Of a stretch of DNA of 64,000 nucleotides, positions 12,004-25,280 are shown one piece after another. The DNA is from Fimbriosthenelais zetlandica (lineage: Eukaryota): contig OZ365115.1 of the NCBI GenBank assembly GCA_977030845.1, forward strand, positions 20,708,001 through 20,772,000, in the 5' to 3' direction. The notes below the pieces were generated by a model, which made no database searches, had not been told where the DNA came from, and was given only the letters and a program-made list of their open reading frames with translations. The position numbers and the translations under genes were made by a program. The number at the start of each line of letters is the position of its first letter. The first letter of the stretch is position 1.

Positions 12004-14926
12004 CTTAATTCAATGACGGAGTGCAGCCCTAGTTCTTCATGCTGGGTTTCCAATGCTAAATAGTTTGTCCATGTTCTTTCCACTGGGGCTCATTAAACTA
12101 TTAACTCATTCCATCATTTGGGACCTTGAGTTATGCACCTTTGAGGGAGGCTAGTTACTAACTTGCCCTAATTCATTCTCTTATTTGTTGAACTTTCCCA
12201 CACCTTTGCTCACCTTGACTGAGTGGCAGGCAAACAAGCTGAGTAACTCCACATCAACATGCATGTCCCTCCAACTAGCCACCTGACCTCAACTCTTGTA
12301 ATTAGTTAATTATTCAATTAATAATCGACCGCACTAGGACCCAGTAACATTAAGGACGGCACGTTGGTCCTTCTCCAAGATGAGCGGTAATTAGGTATCT
12401 GAAAGACTAGCCACAGGTAATTGTCACAGTGTGTGAAGGTTTTTTTTCTCTCTCCTCTCTTGGGTTTCTCGTCTCAGTTTTCTCCGCTTCTTGTTGCCAC
12501 TGCTTTTGAATCAGTCTATCCCCGACAATTTGTGGTTTTATTTATTCGTGAAGTGAAGAAGGAAATGATTTGATCACGGTAAAATGAACTGTCACCATCA
12601 CAGTTGGTCTTTCGTCCACTCTCTTTCTGGTGTTACTTGCTCCTGGTGCTCCGAGGAATCCTGATTAAATCCTTATCAAAAATGTTATAGTACATGTTCA
12701 TGGACCTATATGTAACCGTGGGGAGACCTCAATTATCCGGGCCCTCCATCTATGTTTCATTTTAATATCCTTCTTTAGATTATTTTTTAGATGAAATACA
12801 AAAAAACAACAAATTAAACAAAAAATCTTCAAAATTAATGATCGTAACAAATGGTCGCATCATAGAGATACGTAAGCAATTGAGGATCGGTAGCTGATAT
12901 CAAAACACGAAAATTTCTTCATATAGTTAGCAAAGAGTTAAAACTCGATTAATTAAAGACAAAAAACTGAACACCTTGGGAAAACTTAAGGATGAGGGAC
13001 CATGCCAAATTATCCTTAGTCCAATCACAAAGTAGCTTGTTCCACTAAAAATATCTCCCCGATCAGATAGTCCCCATTTCTATGATATTTTTCTGTATCA
13101 ATTTAATCATATTCTCCATAGACCTATTTACAACACGTTTTGATCAAAACAGCATGCTATTTATAGCTTAACGAGATGGTTGCCATTAAAAAGTACACCC
13201 ACGGTCTCAAGCTCTCATCCTGGAGATAAGAGTCACCAAATGGTGGAGGAGTTCACATTTGGTGTCTCCTCAGATGTCCATCCCTTTCTTGGCAAGTAAA
13301 TAAACAACAATTACTAATTGTTGCTTAAGATATTGGATATAAAACTTAGTGGTAATTGAGGCGGTTTGGTGACACTGTAAGGAGTAGCCCTCTAATGTAA
13401 TTAATTGATATCCACCTTTTAATATACTGTAATAGAGCCTTTCAGGCTTTGTGCTAAAGCTCCGCATTTGTTTACAATTTATATTCAAGAGTACACCATG
13501 CAATGTCGACAGAAAAAAAGATGTATGGTTTCTTTTAGATACCTTTGAATATATAACGGAAATGTTTGTTCTTTTAATTAGATTTCTTCACCATAGATTG
13601 ATAATAAGTGTGTAAGTCATAGTATTTAACAAATTCCAGTTGTTTTTTTAATCATTCAAGATCTGCGTTAAAGTCCTGCTTCCGACCAGCCACCCCCATC
13701 AAACATGATCCCGTACCCAATATTGCCTTGATGCACAAAACTTAGAAAATTCATTTGATACGATCCGGATTGTCTCTTTTTGAAATGAACTTTTAAACGT
13801 CAATCCTGCCAGGGTCTAACATCGAGGTGGTGTTTCAGGGGAGACAGAGGAGGTAACCAAACCCAGATCAACCGTTCCCATTTCAAAATCTTTGAAAAAG
13901 AGAAACTTTTCAAATAAAGTCTGAAATCTCTGAAAAGGCATTGATTCACCCGACAACAGGGTTTGCAATTTAGAGAGTGTTCGTAGTTTTGCTGACAAAG
14001 TGTCAGTTATAAAAGTACAAAAATGTTCCTGCCACTGACATGATCTCGCATGACCCTTCTAAAGTTGCATAGAGAATATCAATAATCGGATATCCTCTAT
14101 CACGCCAGTTGTTTATGAAAGAGTGGAACTTTTTCCCATCTCCACCAAATGAGGCCCAGCTTATTAAAACTAACAGTACCAGACAATTCAGCTAAAATTC
14201 ACTGTTTTCAAGTATTATAAATAAACTAACTCGTGCTATAGTAGAAAAAGCAAAATAACCTCACCAACTCCCAGTCCAAAGGGGGTCTCTTAATTAAGAG
14301 ATATTATCATTATAATTAGAATCAATTCTGGTGCAATCAAGTGTGATCTGTTTGCAAATTGGAAAGTTTTTCCTCACTCCAGAGCTACCTTTTTCCCATG
14401 AAAATTTGTATTACTGTGGAAGCTTTGTGAGAAAATAGTTCCAGCCCCCTAGGCTAAGCATACGAAAGTTGGGTGAGTGCAGCGTATATAATTAGGCGAT
14501 TTTCATGTTTGAATTTACATCACGTTTTTTGATGTCCTCTGGCATGCTACTGCCATGTGACAGACCGATTATGAAGCAAAAGTATATCAGGTGCCCAGGT
14601 GCTTTCCACAGGCCATATATCATCCAGAGATGCCCCAACTTATATTGTCATTCCCCCTATCATCAGTTTACTCAGGTTCAAGTGATAATTTCAGATAGTT
14701 TTATGATAAATTTAACCACTTTGTCTTCTCTACACGTTAAGCATTATGTAAAGTATTTTCTAATTTCCTTTGTTAAGGACAGAACAAAATTATAAAGTTC
14801 ACTCAGAAATCACTGGCCCTGATCATAACACATGTGAGGGCACGCCTGGTATAGTTATACGTGAGAGGCCATGGCTATATCTCTAATGTCGATGATGAGC
14901 CCAAGACATTGTTATTAATAATTATT

Positions 14927-15012
14927 TTTTGTGAGCCTAAATTTAATGTATGGACTGTGACAGTATGGACTGTACCAGTACCAGTCCATACATTGAATTT
15001 AGGATCACAAAA
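14927..15012. repeat. 31-bp inverted repeat with 24-nt loop (hairpin)
   Basis: Left arm ttttgtgagcctaaatttaatgtatggactg (14927-14957); right arm cagtccatacattgaatttaggatcacaaaa (14982-15012); 29/31 complementary, with one G-U wobble as + strand RNA. Confidence 0.9.
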
Positions 15013-16639
15013 GATAGTATATATGCTAAGTGAGGACATTCTATCCCGATGCTCTGGGGCCTGTTACGGTAGAATGATGAACATCCACATGTATGTACTA
15101 AATGAAAAGTTACATTATATGTACCATTCTATATATGTTAAAACAGAGTACTTTTTATTTGGGTTTAAATTTCCACTCCCTAGAAGTGAGGGAACCGAGT
15201 GCCGATTTTATTCCGGATGGGTGGGTAGGAGTATGCCTCGATCTTGCGTGATGGGTGGGCACATGGGAAGGTGCGTGGATGTGTGGTAAGGTACATGTAT
15301 AAGAATGGATGGGTGGGCATTTTGTGGAAGTGATCGGGACAGTGGCCACGGAACTTTAACATTAATTTGCCAATGTAAAGAACGTCTTGAAATTCGTGCG
15401 ACATTTGGGAAGTAAAGAGGTATCATATGTATAAATTAAATCAGAAGTTGGTTTTAACGATGGCATCCAAGTGAGTCAGAGAACGCATTACTGAAGGGAA
15501 GCTCCTGAATAATAGGTACTGATTCTCAAATAAAATAAACTTTAGATATCTAAATGGTCATGAAATTTAGGATTAGGTAAGGAAGTTAAGAGACGGGTAA
15601 AGAGACCACTTCCCACCCTCCCACCAGACGAAAGACCGAAGGGAACTTATAGAAGGAGAAATTCTCATTTGAATATCCCACTATAACCTCTGTAGAGTGG
15701 TAAAACAAGAGATCTGTAGCCGGTAATAATCAATGGTACCAAACCTATTCCCTCATCATTCCCCTGCCTCCTCATCCAGCCTGCCCCCCATAGAAACACC
15801 ACCCTAAATGACATACCAGTAATATGAACATCTACCTCACCCCCACCATTCCCCACCCCCGCCTTTAGTCAAAATGTCAAAAACCCACACACAGGCCCTT
15901 CTTCTCCCACCCACCCACCCACCCATACACCTACTCACCCACACATGGAAGCACCCACCAGTTCACCCACCTTCCAACTGTAATAATTAGTTCCTCATTT
16001 ACATACTGAAGTACAAGGGGTAGGGTAGGGTGCTGCCTATGTCTATGCCTATTGATGGTAGTTGGGGATGTATCTGTGTTTTATTCGTTTAGCCCACTGT
16101 GTCAGTGACTGGCGTTTGGATTACAATACTCTTATCTCCAGTGACTGAGATATACCCTTCAGTACATCTTCAACTTCACAATTGTTCATTCATTGTACTT
16201 TCCAAGATAACACCCACTAAAGGCTAGGGTCTCTCTCCCCCCAACTCCTGCTGTCTCTCCTGCCTTCATTCCTCCTGAAGCGCATCCTTAACACTCGCTG
16301 CTACTGACACGAAGTGCAGATTCATCAGCGCTATTCTCAGCTCTCCTTTTCTCTCTTTTCTCTCTCCTCTCTCTTACAACCCCTCCCTTGGATGCTGTAG
16401 GTGCGTTCACTGAGTGGTGGTTTCAAGTGCCAGCGCAGTGGAGGCACCAGGCGGAGGAAAGTGAAGTTAAAGCCAGCAGTTCCAAGCCGAGCAAGACCCG
16501 AGCCAGTGAGAGCGACCCGCCAGACCAACGACGAAGGCGCTGCACCACTTCTATTACTTCTATATTACATCTGTCCCCCTCACTCTTCGACCCCCGGGAG
16601 GACGACACAATTCCATCACTGCCTCCCAACCTCGCGGAC

Positions 16640-16720
16640 AGACCACGTGACGTCATGTCCTGAGTGACCGGAAGTAGAGGTGAGCGAACACGTGACCGTG
16701 GAAAAGGGGTTTCCGGTCGA
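16640..16720 (+). promoter_or_regulatory. CpG-rich Pol II promoter-like cluster (E-box/CRE/ETS)
   Basis: CACGTG 16644 overlaps TGACGTCA 16648; CCGGAAGT 16668; second CACGTG 16689; TTTCCGG 16710; downstream donor CAGG|GTAAAT at 16834 and a possible 26-nt exon 17466-17491. Confidence 0.55.
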
Positions 16721-19634
16721 GCAGACGACAATTTTATTTGAATTAATCATTCTGGAGTAAAATTAGTTTTTGTTTAAAAAAAAAAGGAAAGAGGGCGAGT
16801 CGCCGTTCATTTGGTCACGGAGTGGAAATCAGGGTAAATTATTTTTCCTTTTTTGTGCTAAAACATTTAATTCTGTTATTGTTTTGTCCAATGGTTTTGT
16901 GGACTCTGGCTCATTTGGTGATTCATTTTTTTGCAGCGGTTTTTTCCTCAGACTCCTTTATCTTTTTATTATGAAATTGTAATTTGAAAGTTCTCATGTC
17001 CTGTAGATACGAAAGGACAACATGAAAAAAGTCAGCCTGTTTTTAACCCGTCCATTAGATGCCAGGGTTAAGGATGTGCACGTCTTATCTGTTACACTAT
17101 TCACCTCTGTTATTTATTTAGAATTGGTAGAATTGAAGTATGACAAGTGAACTTATCATGAGATATAATTTCAAGAACATATTAGATTTTAAAAGCAGTA
17201 GCATGAGAAGGTGACTTCTTGCATTAAGGGTACTATTTGAAGGAAAAGAGTCTATTATTATACGGACATAAAATGAACACACATGGATCAATCAAGGTCT
17301 TTAACAGATTTTAAAAATATATTCTATCATCAAGCTGTCATGTCTTGTGATAATGCACTCTGTTTAAATGATATTTACATGATGTCATGTCAATTATATA
17401 TTGTCACAAAGCTTTAACAAAGAGATTAACTATAGCTCTGAAGATTGTTTTCTTTTTGTTAATAGGTGTAGCTGAGTCGAGGCCTGAGAAGGTAACACTG
17501 TCACCAAGGCGACTAGATTCTTAAAGAGGCGGAGAATAAATGCATCACTGGCGAAGAGATAACAAGAGGAGCATCAGAGATTAGGAGGGAGAGAGATGGG
17601 GGCCTGCTTCTGGTGAGACAAGAAGGCGACCTCCTTCTATGAGAAGGACACAATTCTAGAAAACTAATTTATTCTAGAAAAAGGGAATGATTGATGTATA
17701 TATTCTATCTGCAAACTTCCATCAGTTAGATAGAATAGATGCCTAATCAATTTCGGGACACCTTCAGGAAGAATTGTAGGTTATTAAGGAAAGAAAATTT
17801 TCAAAATTCTCTCTTGAAAATTTCTTTTAGCCCACAAGTTCTCATTCTTACCTTGGGCTGCTTCAGATTGCTTATCTACTTAAACCCCTATGCACACCTT
17901 TCTCAGGAGTAATATCAAGCCATGTCCAAAACTGATCGATCACAGATCATTAATCAATAATGAATAGATCGAGCTCAGTCCACTGAAGAGACTGCAATGA
18001 TCGATCGAAAAGCCAATCGAAAAGTGCATCATTCGTGTAGACTACTCCAGTTTTCCACAAATTTTCTCTGCATCACGACAAAAATTTCTCTCCATCGGGA
18101 ACGCACCGAATAGATGAGACTAATTCATTATCCCCACAGATAATTAATCAACGATTTCAATTTGTCAACGTGAGAAATTTCGAGAGGCATCAGTAGGGGT
18201 GGATTTTTTAAAATCCCATACTCAGGAATTGGAGTTTGCTGCAGTGAGTGCAAGGGAGGGAGAGAAAGAGAGGAGTCATTAAAACATCTGTGATAGACAT
18301 TGATGATTTGAGAAATTCTTGCCAAAGTTGGTGAATTTTTCACTGGGAAAACCATGGGGAACACGATGTGCATTACCATAATGAAGTCTACCTCCTAATT
18401 GCAGTTACTTTTACCATTAATTCTGCTTCTGCTCAGTATATACCATCTGTTTCCCAGCGATTGGCATACCTCTCTCCCTGCAACCGTTGTACATACATAT
18501 ATAAATGTCGACTATTATGTGTCATTGTTACACGTGCTTGATTATTGTGCCTCATATTATCCATATGGCTACTTCAGTGTAGTATTTAGCCGAGACGATT
18601 TCATCAAATTGTTCATCACAAAAAGAGGACATGGCCAATGAATGGTTTTGCATTTAGAAGCATTAAGGCATATAAGGGCATGGTGCATGTATGATATCAA
18701 TACAGAGGCAATTGAAGACCAAGTGTATATATGTATATCAGAGCATCATTTACCTGGATATGTTCAACATATCCCAATCCTGGAACAAAACTGCGCAAGT
18801 TGAAGACAAAGGCATAAAGAGTTACTGGGAAAACGGCAATTGTTCTTAATTGCTTTTTCAATTGAACCTCAATTTCATGGAAGGCAACTTGCAGTGACTG
18901 TTTAAAAGTTAATTGATAAAAGAAATCCACCTCACATCTGCCAAAAAGGAGGGTCCCTCTTCTATACGACATCGTTACACCGTTATACCTTATTGCCTGC
19001 TCATTGAGCAGAACAAAGAGATCAATTTAAGGCATTTCTATGTAAAATTGCATACGACTTTTGAAACATCAACATAAACAAGGCACTGTTGACTTCCGAA
19101 TTTACCTCTCAGGTCCTGAATTGCTTTTTGTTTCGACGGGGACGAAAGAAGAAATAGAGGAAGGCGGATCTGAAGGTGGACAAGGGCTGAGAAAAAAAGA
19201 TTAAGCAATTCTGGGGGTCGGAAGAGTCCCGAATTCCCTAAAGACATATTTTCCTCTTGCTATTATTTTTTCTTCACATGGGGCCACACCCTGTGAGCAG
19301 TTCGCGTGTTTAGATTTGGGTGACACAGTTTTGCAATTGCAAAAAAAAGGAATAATCAGAGCAAGATATTCCCCACAAATCACACATGATATAGCTGGAA
19401 ATTTAGCAGTTTTGGACTCTATCTTCTGACATATTTCCACACCTCTCATAGTGACACTTCAAACTACAAAAACTTCCACAGACTTAGTATCTCAAAAACA
19501 GGTGGTTTTTGCGACGAAAAGGGGCGTGCATTTTAAAGGACTGGTTTTGGGTTGAAAGAAAACCCAAATTGGGCGAGACTGGAGGAAGGTTAAAAGACAT
19601 TTTATTCGAAGAAACATCAACTAAATAGACAATC

Positions 19635-19716
19635 ATGCAGTACTGGGCGAACTATCCCAATGCCTACGTTGCCGGGGCAAACTACGGCGAAGCCTACATG
19701 AGAAATCTTCCACAAG
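19635..19716 (+). CDS. Candidate first coding exon of an unknown Tyr/Asn/Ala-rich protein (MQYWANYPNAYVAGANYGEAYMRNLPQ)
   Basis: ATG in aatcATG context, CpG-rich, strong donor CAAG|GTAAGA at 19717 (phase 1). The internal repeat ANYxxAY occurs twice with synonymous codon differences (GCG/GCA, TAT/TAC). Confidence 0.4.
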
Positions 19717-21648
19717 GTAAGACCAAAACATTTCCAAGTTTGTATTGATTTTCAGGGTGTTGTACAACAATGTATTAGCCTTTGTTGTATAATAGTCCGT
19801 CAAAGTGTAGGTTCTTGATATTACATTGAGACCTTTGCAATTATTTTGATCTTAGTGATAATAGTCCAGCTAATACTTCAGTATCATTTTTAATACATCT
19901 AGTATTTGTCTGAGTATATATTATAATGCGGAGGTTCTTTTTATTCAAAATAATTAATCGATCCCTTTAGTCGTAAATAGGGTTAGAAGTTAGAAAGAGA
20001 AGTTTCTGTTCTGATGTGGTTATCATATAATGTAGATGCATGCAGCTACCAACATTTGATTTTAGTTTAGGGATGATAGATACATATCATAATCTACGAG
20101 CCAAAATTATTCTTCCAACATGCACATAGCCCATCAGGGAATAGTGTTACATCATAGAAAACCATTTGATAAAATAAATAATGGCTATATTGAAAATGAA
20201 ATTACTGAACCATTATAGTTGTACTAAGGGCAAACAACTTTCTTCTATAGCAAGATGGGAAGAACTTATCTTGACTTTATCAGTTTACTCACCTCGACAA
20301 GAAAATCATCAATTTTCAAACTTCATTATGGGACAGTTGTTTATCAAACTTGATGTTTTGATTTCTATAGTCTGCTACGTTGTTTAGAATATATGTTTTC
20401 CAATGAGTACTTAAAAATTAACCTCATTCGGTTCCTTTACTATAATAAAATTTAATCCTACAGGTGAATATTTGCTTCCAACAACTGATCAGCTTCAAAA
20501 GACTCATTTAAATGTCCTTCTCACTTTGATAAAAATGAATATTTATAGGAACAGAAAAATAAAGATGACTTGATGTTACATCATAGCTGATTGTATCTAC
20601 AAATTTCAGCTTTTGAGCATAACTTTATAACCAAGCGAGTTCAAAACAAGCACTGCTCGAGTTCACCCAGCAAACTTTCTGAAGTCTCCATCTCGATGAG
20701 TTTGGCAAAATAAATTCCAATTTCCTGAAAAACATCTACAATTATGGAACTGAAATGAAGGGCAATTTTTTTCTTTTTCCTGTATGAAAACCTGAATAAT
20801 AATCAAACGAAATAGACTTAATAAGCTCCTGGCTGGCGTGCCGATTCTCAGGCTTCTAGATTTCTTTATTTCTACCCAAATGTAGACTGAGATTTCTTGG
20901 CGAAGTTCAACTCATTTATCAAAGGGAGAAATATGAATCTTTTGCTGTGATTTGAAGACTAAAACCTCATTAATTTGGTAATTCTGAAGCCTTCTATGGT
21001 CATTATGACCGGGGAAAATACAGTATGAGGCGCGTTACCACTCGGGGGAAGGCCCCCTGCTACGATTACATGGATGTGAAATTATAGGGCTGTAGGATGG
21101 AGTATGCAGAATGAACATAAAGGACCTATATGAAATTATAATGCCAGCACAATTAACAAGATATTGGCATTTGTGATTCTCTATGAGTTATAGACATTGT
21201 CTTATTGGATGATATAAAACGTTCACAAGCCAACTACTCCATTTAAAGCCAGTATTAACTTTTTAAGGTTGAAGGATTGGCATGCTTGAAAGCTATACCA
21301 CTTGTTAATAATATCTGAAATGAAAAAGGTTTGTAATCTAGATTGTTTTCGTTTTTAAATTAGAAAATTTAATCTTATACGTTCCAACTAAGTGACTGAG
21401 AATAACATTTTAGGTAATAATTATTTAGGTATGTGGTCGTACACAGCCTTTATAGATAATGTAAGGAGACCTCTACACATTTTGTGAGGGATCACTAGCC
21501 TTATATTTTGCAAACGTCTCTAGGAACCCATCTTCCCAAATAAGGGTAGTTCTGTGAAGACTGATACAAAAAGACCCTTCTCGTGTTTGATTAAATTTCA
21601 AGCTCTTGCCAAAGACAAATGTCCTTCCTTCCTTGACATTCTTGAAAC

Positions 21649-21950
21649 CAAGATGGCTGCCGAGGGTAAAGTCACCCTAAGCCCAACGAATTAACAACAA
21701 AGACTGGAGAGGGCTGGCAAAAAAAGTTGAGGAAAGCAAAAGGGATGAGAAAACCCGTAAAAACTGGGACGACAACTCATTACGTCTTCCATCTAAACTC
21801 TACCATGTGTGATTGGTAGATTCTGGCTTTTTGAGCAAAGCAATTTGTCAGTTTGGATTGGAGAAGCGAGTTAAAACCTTGAACAAAGAAAGGTACAAGA
21901 CAAGACGGCCCAGAAAAGGCGAAAGTTTTAAGCAGTTTTGTCTCTCTCTG
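21649..21950 (+). mobile_element. Possible decayed L1-type LINE 5' end / ORF1 remnant
   Basis: Starts with the YY1-like CAAGATGGCTGCC. Translation KKVEESKRDEKTRKNWDDNSLRL...KERYKTRRPRK weakly resembles ORF1 coiled coil, RNNLRI and RPRP motifs. Same strand and plausible spacing relative to the RT fragment at 24325. Confidence 0.25.
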
Positions 21951-22794
21951 ATTGGCTGGATTGGTCCAATAAGGTATAGCCGAGTCCATTTAAAAACATG
22001 CATGCAGATAGTTTACTTTTTAATGTGGTTCCGATTCATTTGAAGTATTGAAGTGTTAGTCTTGTGCAGCTTTGGTTAATTTGTGAAAAGTACATACTGT
22101 AGTGGATAGGGCATTCATTAAATCCAAGTTTATTTTGAGCGTTAAAATGTTCCGAGACCTTCCAGTCTGTTGAAGGGGCATGCTGAAGGCATTCTAGGCA
22201 CGATGAAATTCTCAAAGCTCGAGATTCATTTCTGACGACCATCATAAAGAATCCGAGCTAAAATAATAGCGAATTACCCAATCAAAGAATATTAATTCTT
22301 GCTATAATTAAAACAAAAATATTTCCTGAAAGTTATAACGTATTTGATTAACTATTTTGATGAGGGAAATTTTATTTTATAGAGAGGTGTTTTGTCTCAT
22401 CTGTTTCCATTATTACCCCCCTTGTCTGCAGGGGGAGCTTTAAAAATGAGCTTGGTTTTAAGAAGGTTTTTTTGAGCTTGGATGTAATTATAAACCATAA
22501 AACCTGGCATGTAAGTGGTGGGGTAGAGGTAGGGGGTAGTGATGGGGGCTTTAGAGGGCTGTATAGGGGGGTTGAGTATAGGAGATGAACTATTTCATGC
22601 CCTTAATCACCATAATCCAGGTCTAATCAAGGAAGAGAGAAGTCAACACAAGCACCTTTAATAAAGAATGAGGCCTTAAAGGGGGATGAAATCATTGCTG
22701 TTAATTTGTGAATTTGAGGATGGAAAAGAGACTCGATCGGACAGTAGTAAAACCACATCCACCATACTGTGCTTCCCCACATCCAACCACCCCC

Positions 22795-22838
22795 TAAACC
22801 GACCACTCCCTAAACCGACCACCCCATTAAACCGACCA
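22795..22838 (+). repeat. 3 x 16-17 bp tandem repeat (taaaccgacca...)
   Basis: taaaccgaccactccc taaaccgaccaccccat taaaccgacca. Confidence 0.85.
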
Positions 22839-23150
22839 TGTTAGTCTGGTCCCATTTACCTTGTTATATGTTTAGGAGAGGAGCATTGTAATAGATACTC
22901 ACCAATCTGTGTTATAGCTCTTTACTTCAAGATACAATAATGGAATGGATTAAGTGCGAGGTTTAATGCCGGATAAATAGTATCAAAATACATACATACA
23001 CACTACATACATGTAGTCCAGTACATCCCGTCCTATACTTTTAATATGACTAACAGTTACAACGATATTGTAACGTTTTACTCATGCTTACCCACGCACT
23101 ATATATATATGCATGCTCCCATCGCCCACCCATATACTGCGCCTATACCG

Positions 23151-23535
23151 CTTCTCTCCCCTCCCCAAATCAAGTCCTACCCAACTATGCACCTACCCAT
23201 GCAAGGTTCTGTCCCAATCCCCAAAGCATGTCCTACCCAGCTATGTGCCTACACAATGTTCTCTCCCCCTCCCCAAAGCATGTCCTACCCAGCTATGTGC
23301 CTACACAAGGTTCTCTACCCCTCCCCAAAGCAAGTCCTGCCCAGCTATGTGCCTACACAATGTTCTCTCCCCCTCCCCAAAGCATGTCCTATACCCAGCT
23401 ATGTGCCTACACAAGGTTCCCCAAAGCATGTCCTACCCACACTACACCTCTTCTCTTCCCCTCCCCAAATCAAGTCTTACCCACCTATATGCCTATCCAA
23501 GGTTCTCTCCCCCTACCCAAAGCAAGTCCTGCCCT
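23151..23535 (+). repeat. 52-bp minisatellite, about 7-8 copies
   Basis: Unit ccccaaagcatgtcctacccagctatgtgcctacacaatgttctctccccct, with copies starting at e.g. 23219 and 23271. It generates the 184/191/163-aa ORFs in all three + frames. Confidence 0.95.
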
Positions 23536-24324
23536 CCTATACGCCTGGCCATCCCTGGCCCGTCCCATCAGACCAAAAACGTCCCACATACCCACCATAA
23601 ATAAAAGCGTTTATGCACAAAGCACGGAAAGCAATTTTACAGTTAAAAACTTTAATTAATCTTGAATTTAATTAACTTGACTTTCAACATTACCCGCTTA
23701 AAGTATCAAATTTCATTCATTAAACCATTTGTCATGATCTCAGTACTTTGTTAAAACCTTTAAACATTTTTTACCAGCTTTTAACTTTAAAATGTTGCCT
23801 GAGCACTATCCTCATTTAGCGTATACTACTCACTATAGTGGTGAACCATACCTGCTGCTCCGCTGCTACATTTTTTTCATACTTATCGTTACATAATTAT
23901 TAGAATTAACAAAATACACGTCTTAATTCCCCCAAAAGATGTGTGTGCTGTTTTATTACATATCGACTTTATAAGTCAAATATATTTTTACGTCAATATG
24001 TCCATCTACTCAATAATATTTTCCTAAATTTGTGGGACTATTGTCCACAGCAATAACGTTGTAGTAGGGAGTCTGAAAACTCATCAGACGAACTTTCTAT
24101 AAAAATACCTAATTCAAATATGGGTCAATGGCCTGCATTAGAGATTTCCATTAAAGCAGCGATGTTTCTGTCGTATGAGAGTAAAACGAGAGGACATACT
24201 TTTTAATTTCAATCATTTGGAAAATAGTTTCCGACTCATTGTTTCATAACTTTTTAAATACACTGAAGCTATAGTATTTCTCATTCATTTGATGGTCATT
24301 GTTTGCATTAGCTCTTGCCTAACA

Positions 24325-24530
24325 CAAAATAAACTTCCTTAGGGGATGTCGATGGCCTGCCAGGTTTGTCTCCACGGTTCTCTTAAAATCTCCACAACAT
24401 TTGGGACAATGTTAAAGAAAGCCTCTTAGAACTCTTTTAATTATTCCCAGAATTCTTTGTTTTAGGGGCTATTTGAAAAAGGGTATTTAACAATGCTCTA
24501 TACATGAAGCAACAACGGCCATTAAATGGC
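24325..24530 (+). mobile_element. Decayed L1/Tx1-type LINE RT fragment
   Basis: GDVDGLPGLSPRFS*NLHNIWDNVKESLLELF/NYSQNSLF*GLFEKGYLTMLY (1-nt frameshift) matches PGxDGLPxEFYxxFWxxIKxxLLExFNYS...KxGxITLLY. Confidence 0.55.
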
Positions 24531-24745
24531 CATTATCTTGTGATAACCCATAATTAGCCTTGCATTTGTCATTCAAAATTTGCAGAATAATCATTTATGT
24601 GAAACCATATGGATCAAGGTGAACCCCTACTCTCACAAAAGAAATTCAGAGGAAAGTGGACGCATTGTGGTCAAAACAGTGACAACATTGCGCACCTGGT
24701 GTCAGAAGTAGGAATGACATCTGTGTCCCTCAATCATTTGTAAGC

Positions 24746-24930
24746 GGGGGTTTGGGGTTGGTGGTAGGGGCGCGAAGGGGGGGGGGGGGGTAGGGGTGTA
24801 GGGGGGCGGGTGCTAAAAACGAGGCTGCACATCTCATGAGTTCTCGTTGGTTGTCGCGCTATAGACAGGAAGTATTTTTCTTTGCACATCTGATGTGCTT
24901 GCGCATCATCTTCCATCGTCACTTCCTGCT
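24746..24930 (+). promoter_or_regulatory. G-run / GC-box / ETS / NRF1-like promoter-type cluster
   Basis: Seven G-runs in 24746-24810 including GGGGGCGGG; CAGGAAGT 24866; TGCGCA 24900; CACTTCCTG 24920. Confidence 0.35.
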
Positions 24931-24991
24931 CCTGCCTACTACTTCCTCCCCGCCAGTGCCAGCCACGTGGATTCCATCCACCTGTTCCCAG

Positions 24992-25280
24992 GGTTCTATA
25001 GCCAGGGATTTTTCAAACACCCTCCCCCCAACGCTCCATCTGAACCCATACTTGCAGCACGCACCCCAAACCTCTCTCCCTTCCCTCCTCCCTTCCTTCA
25101 TTACCTCAACACCCACATGCCAGCCATGAACCAACGTCCCCCACCACCTCCTCCCAGAACAAAAGTTGTTTATAAAACAAAAGGGTCAAAATTTCAACTC
25201 CATTCAACATTTCAATCCAGTGCATGTTCCCTGTTACGAGGAAATGACTCCCCCGTTCGTATCATTCCTTCTCAATCCAG
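24992..25280 (+). CDS. Candidate proline-rich coding exon (GFYSQGFFKHPPPNAPSEP...QRPPPPPPRTK...)
   Basis: Acceptor ttccatccacctgttcccag| is phase-compatible with the 19635-19716 exon; the frame is open throughout; donor CCAG|GTATGC at 25281. C-rich sequence is often stop-free by chance. Confidence 0.25.

Noticed and set aside
14861-15289. 142-aa ORF
   Set aside because: It runs through the inverted repeat and a GGGT-rich simple tract; no domain or coding-like composition.
20600-21060. Protein-like + strand translation (…DEFGKINSNFLKNIYNYGTEMKG…FYGHYDRGK…)
   Set aside because: Multiple stops and no family I can name; could be any decayed element.
21690-21730. KDWRGLAKKV as a DEATH-domain helix
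   Set aside because: The match is only about 8 residues; flanking residues do not fit and the context looks like a LINE 5'/ORF1 remnant.
23046-23659. Three longest ORFs (184, 191, 163 aa) as a protein-coding gene
   Set aside because: They are fully explained by a stop-free 52-bp minisatellite whose period is not a multiple of three.
24080-24087. CTGATGAG hammerhead ribozyme cores (also 29185-29192 on -, 45031-45038 on +)
   Set aside because: No stem II followed by GAAA and no flanking stems I/III in the required order.
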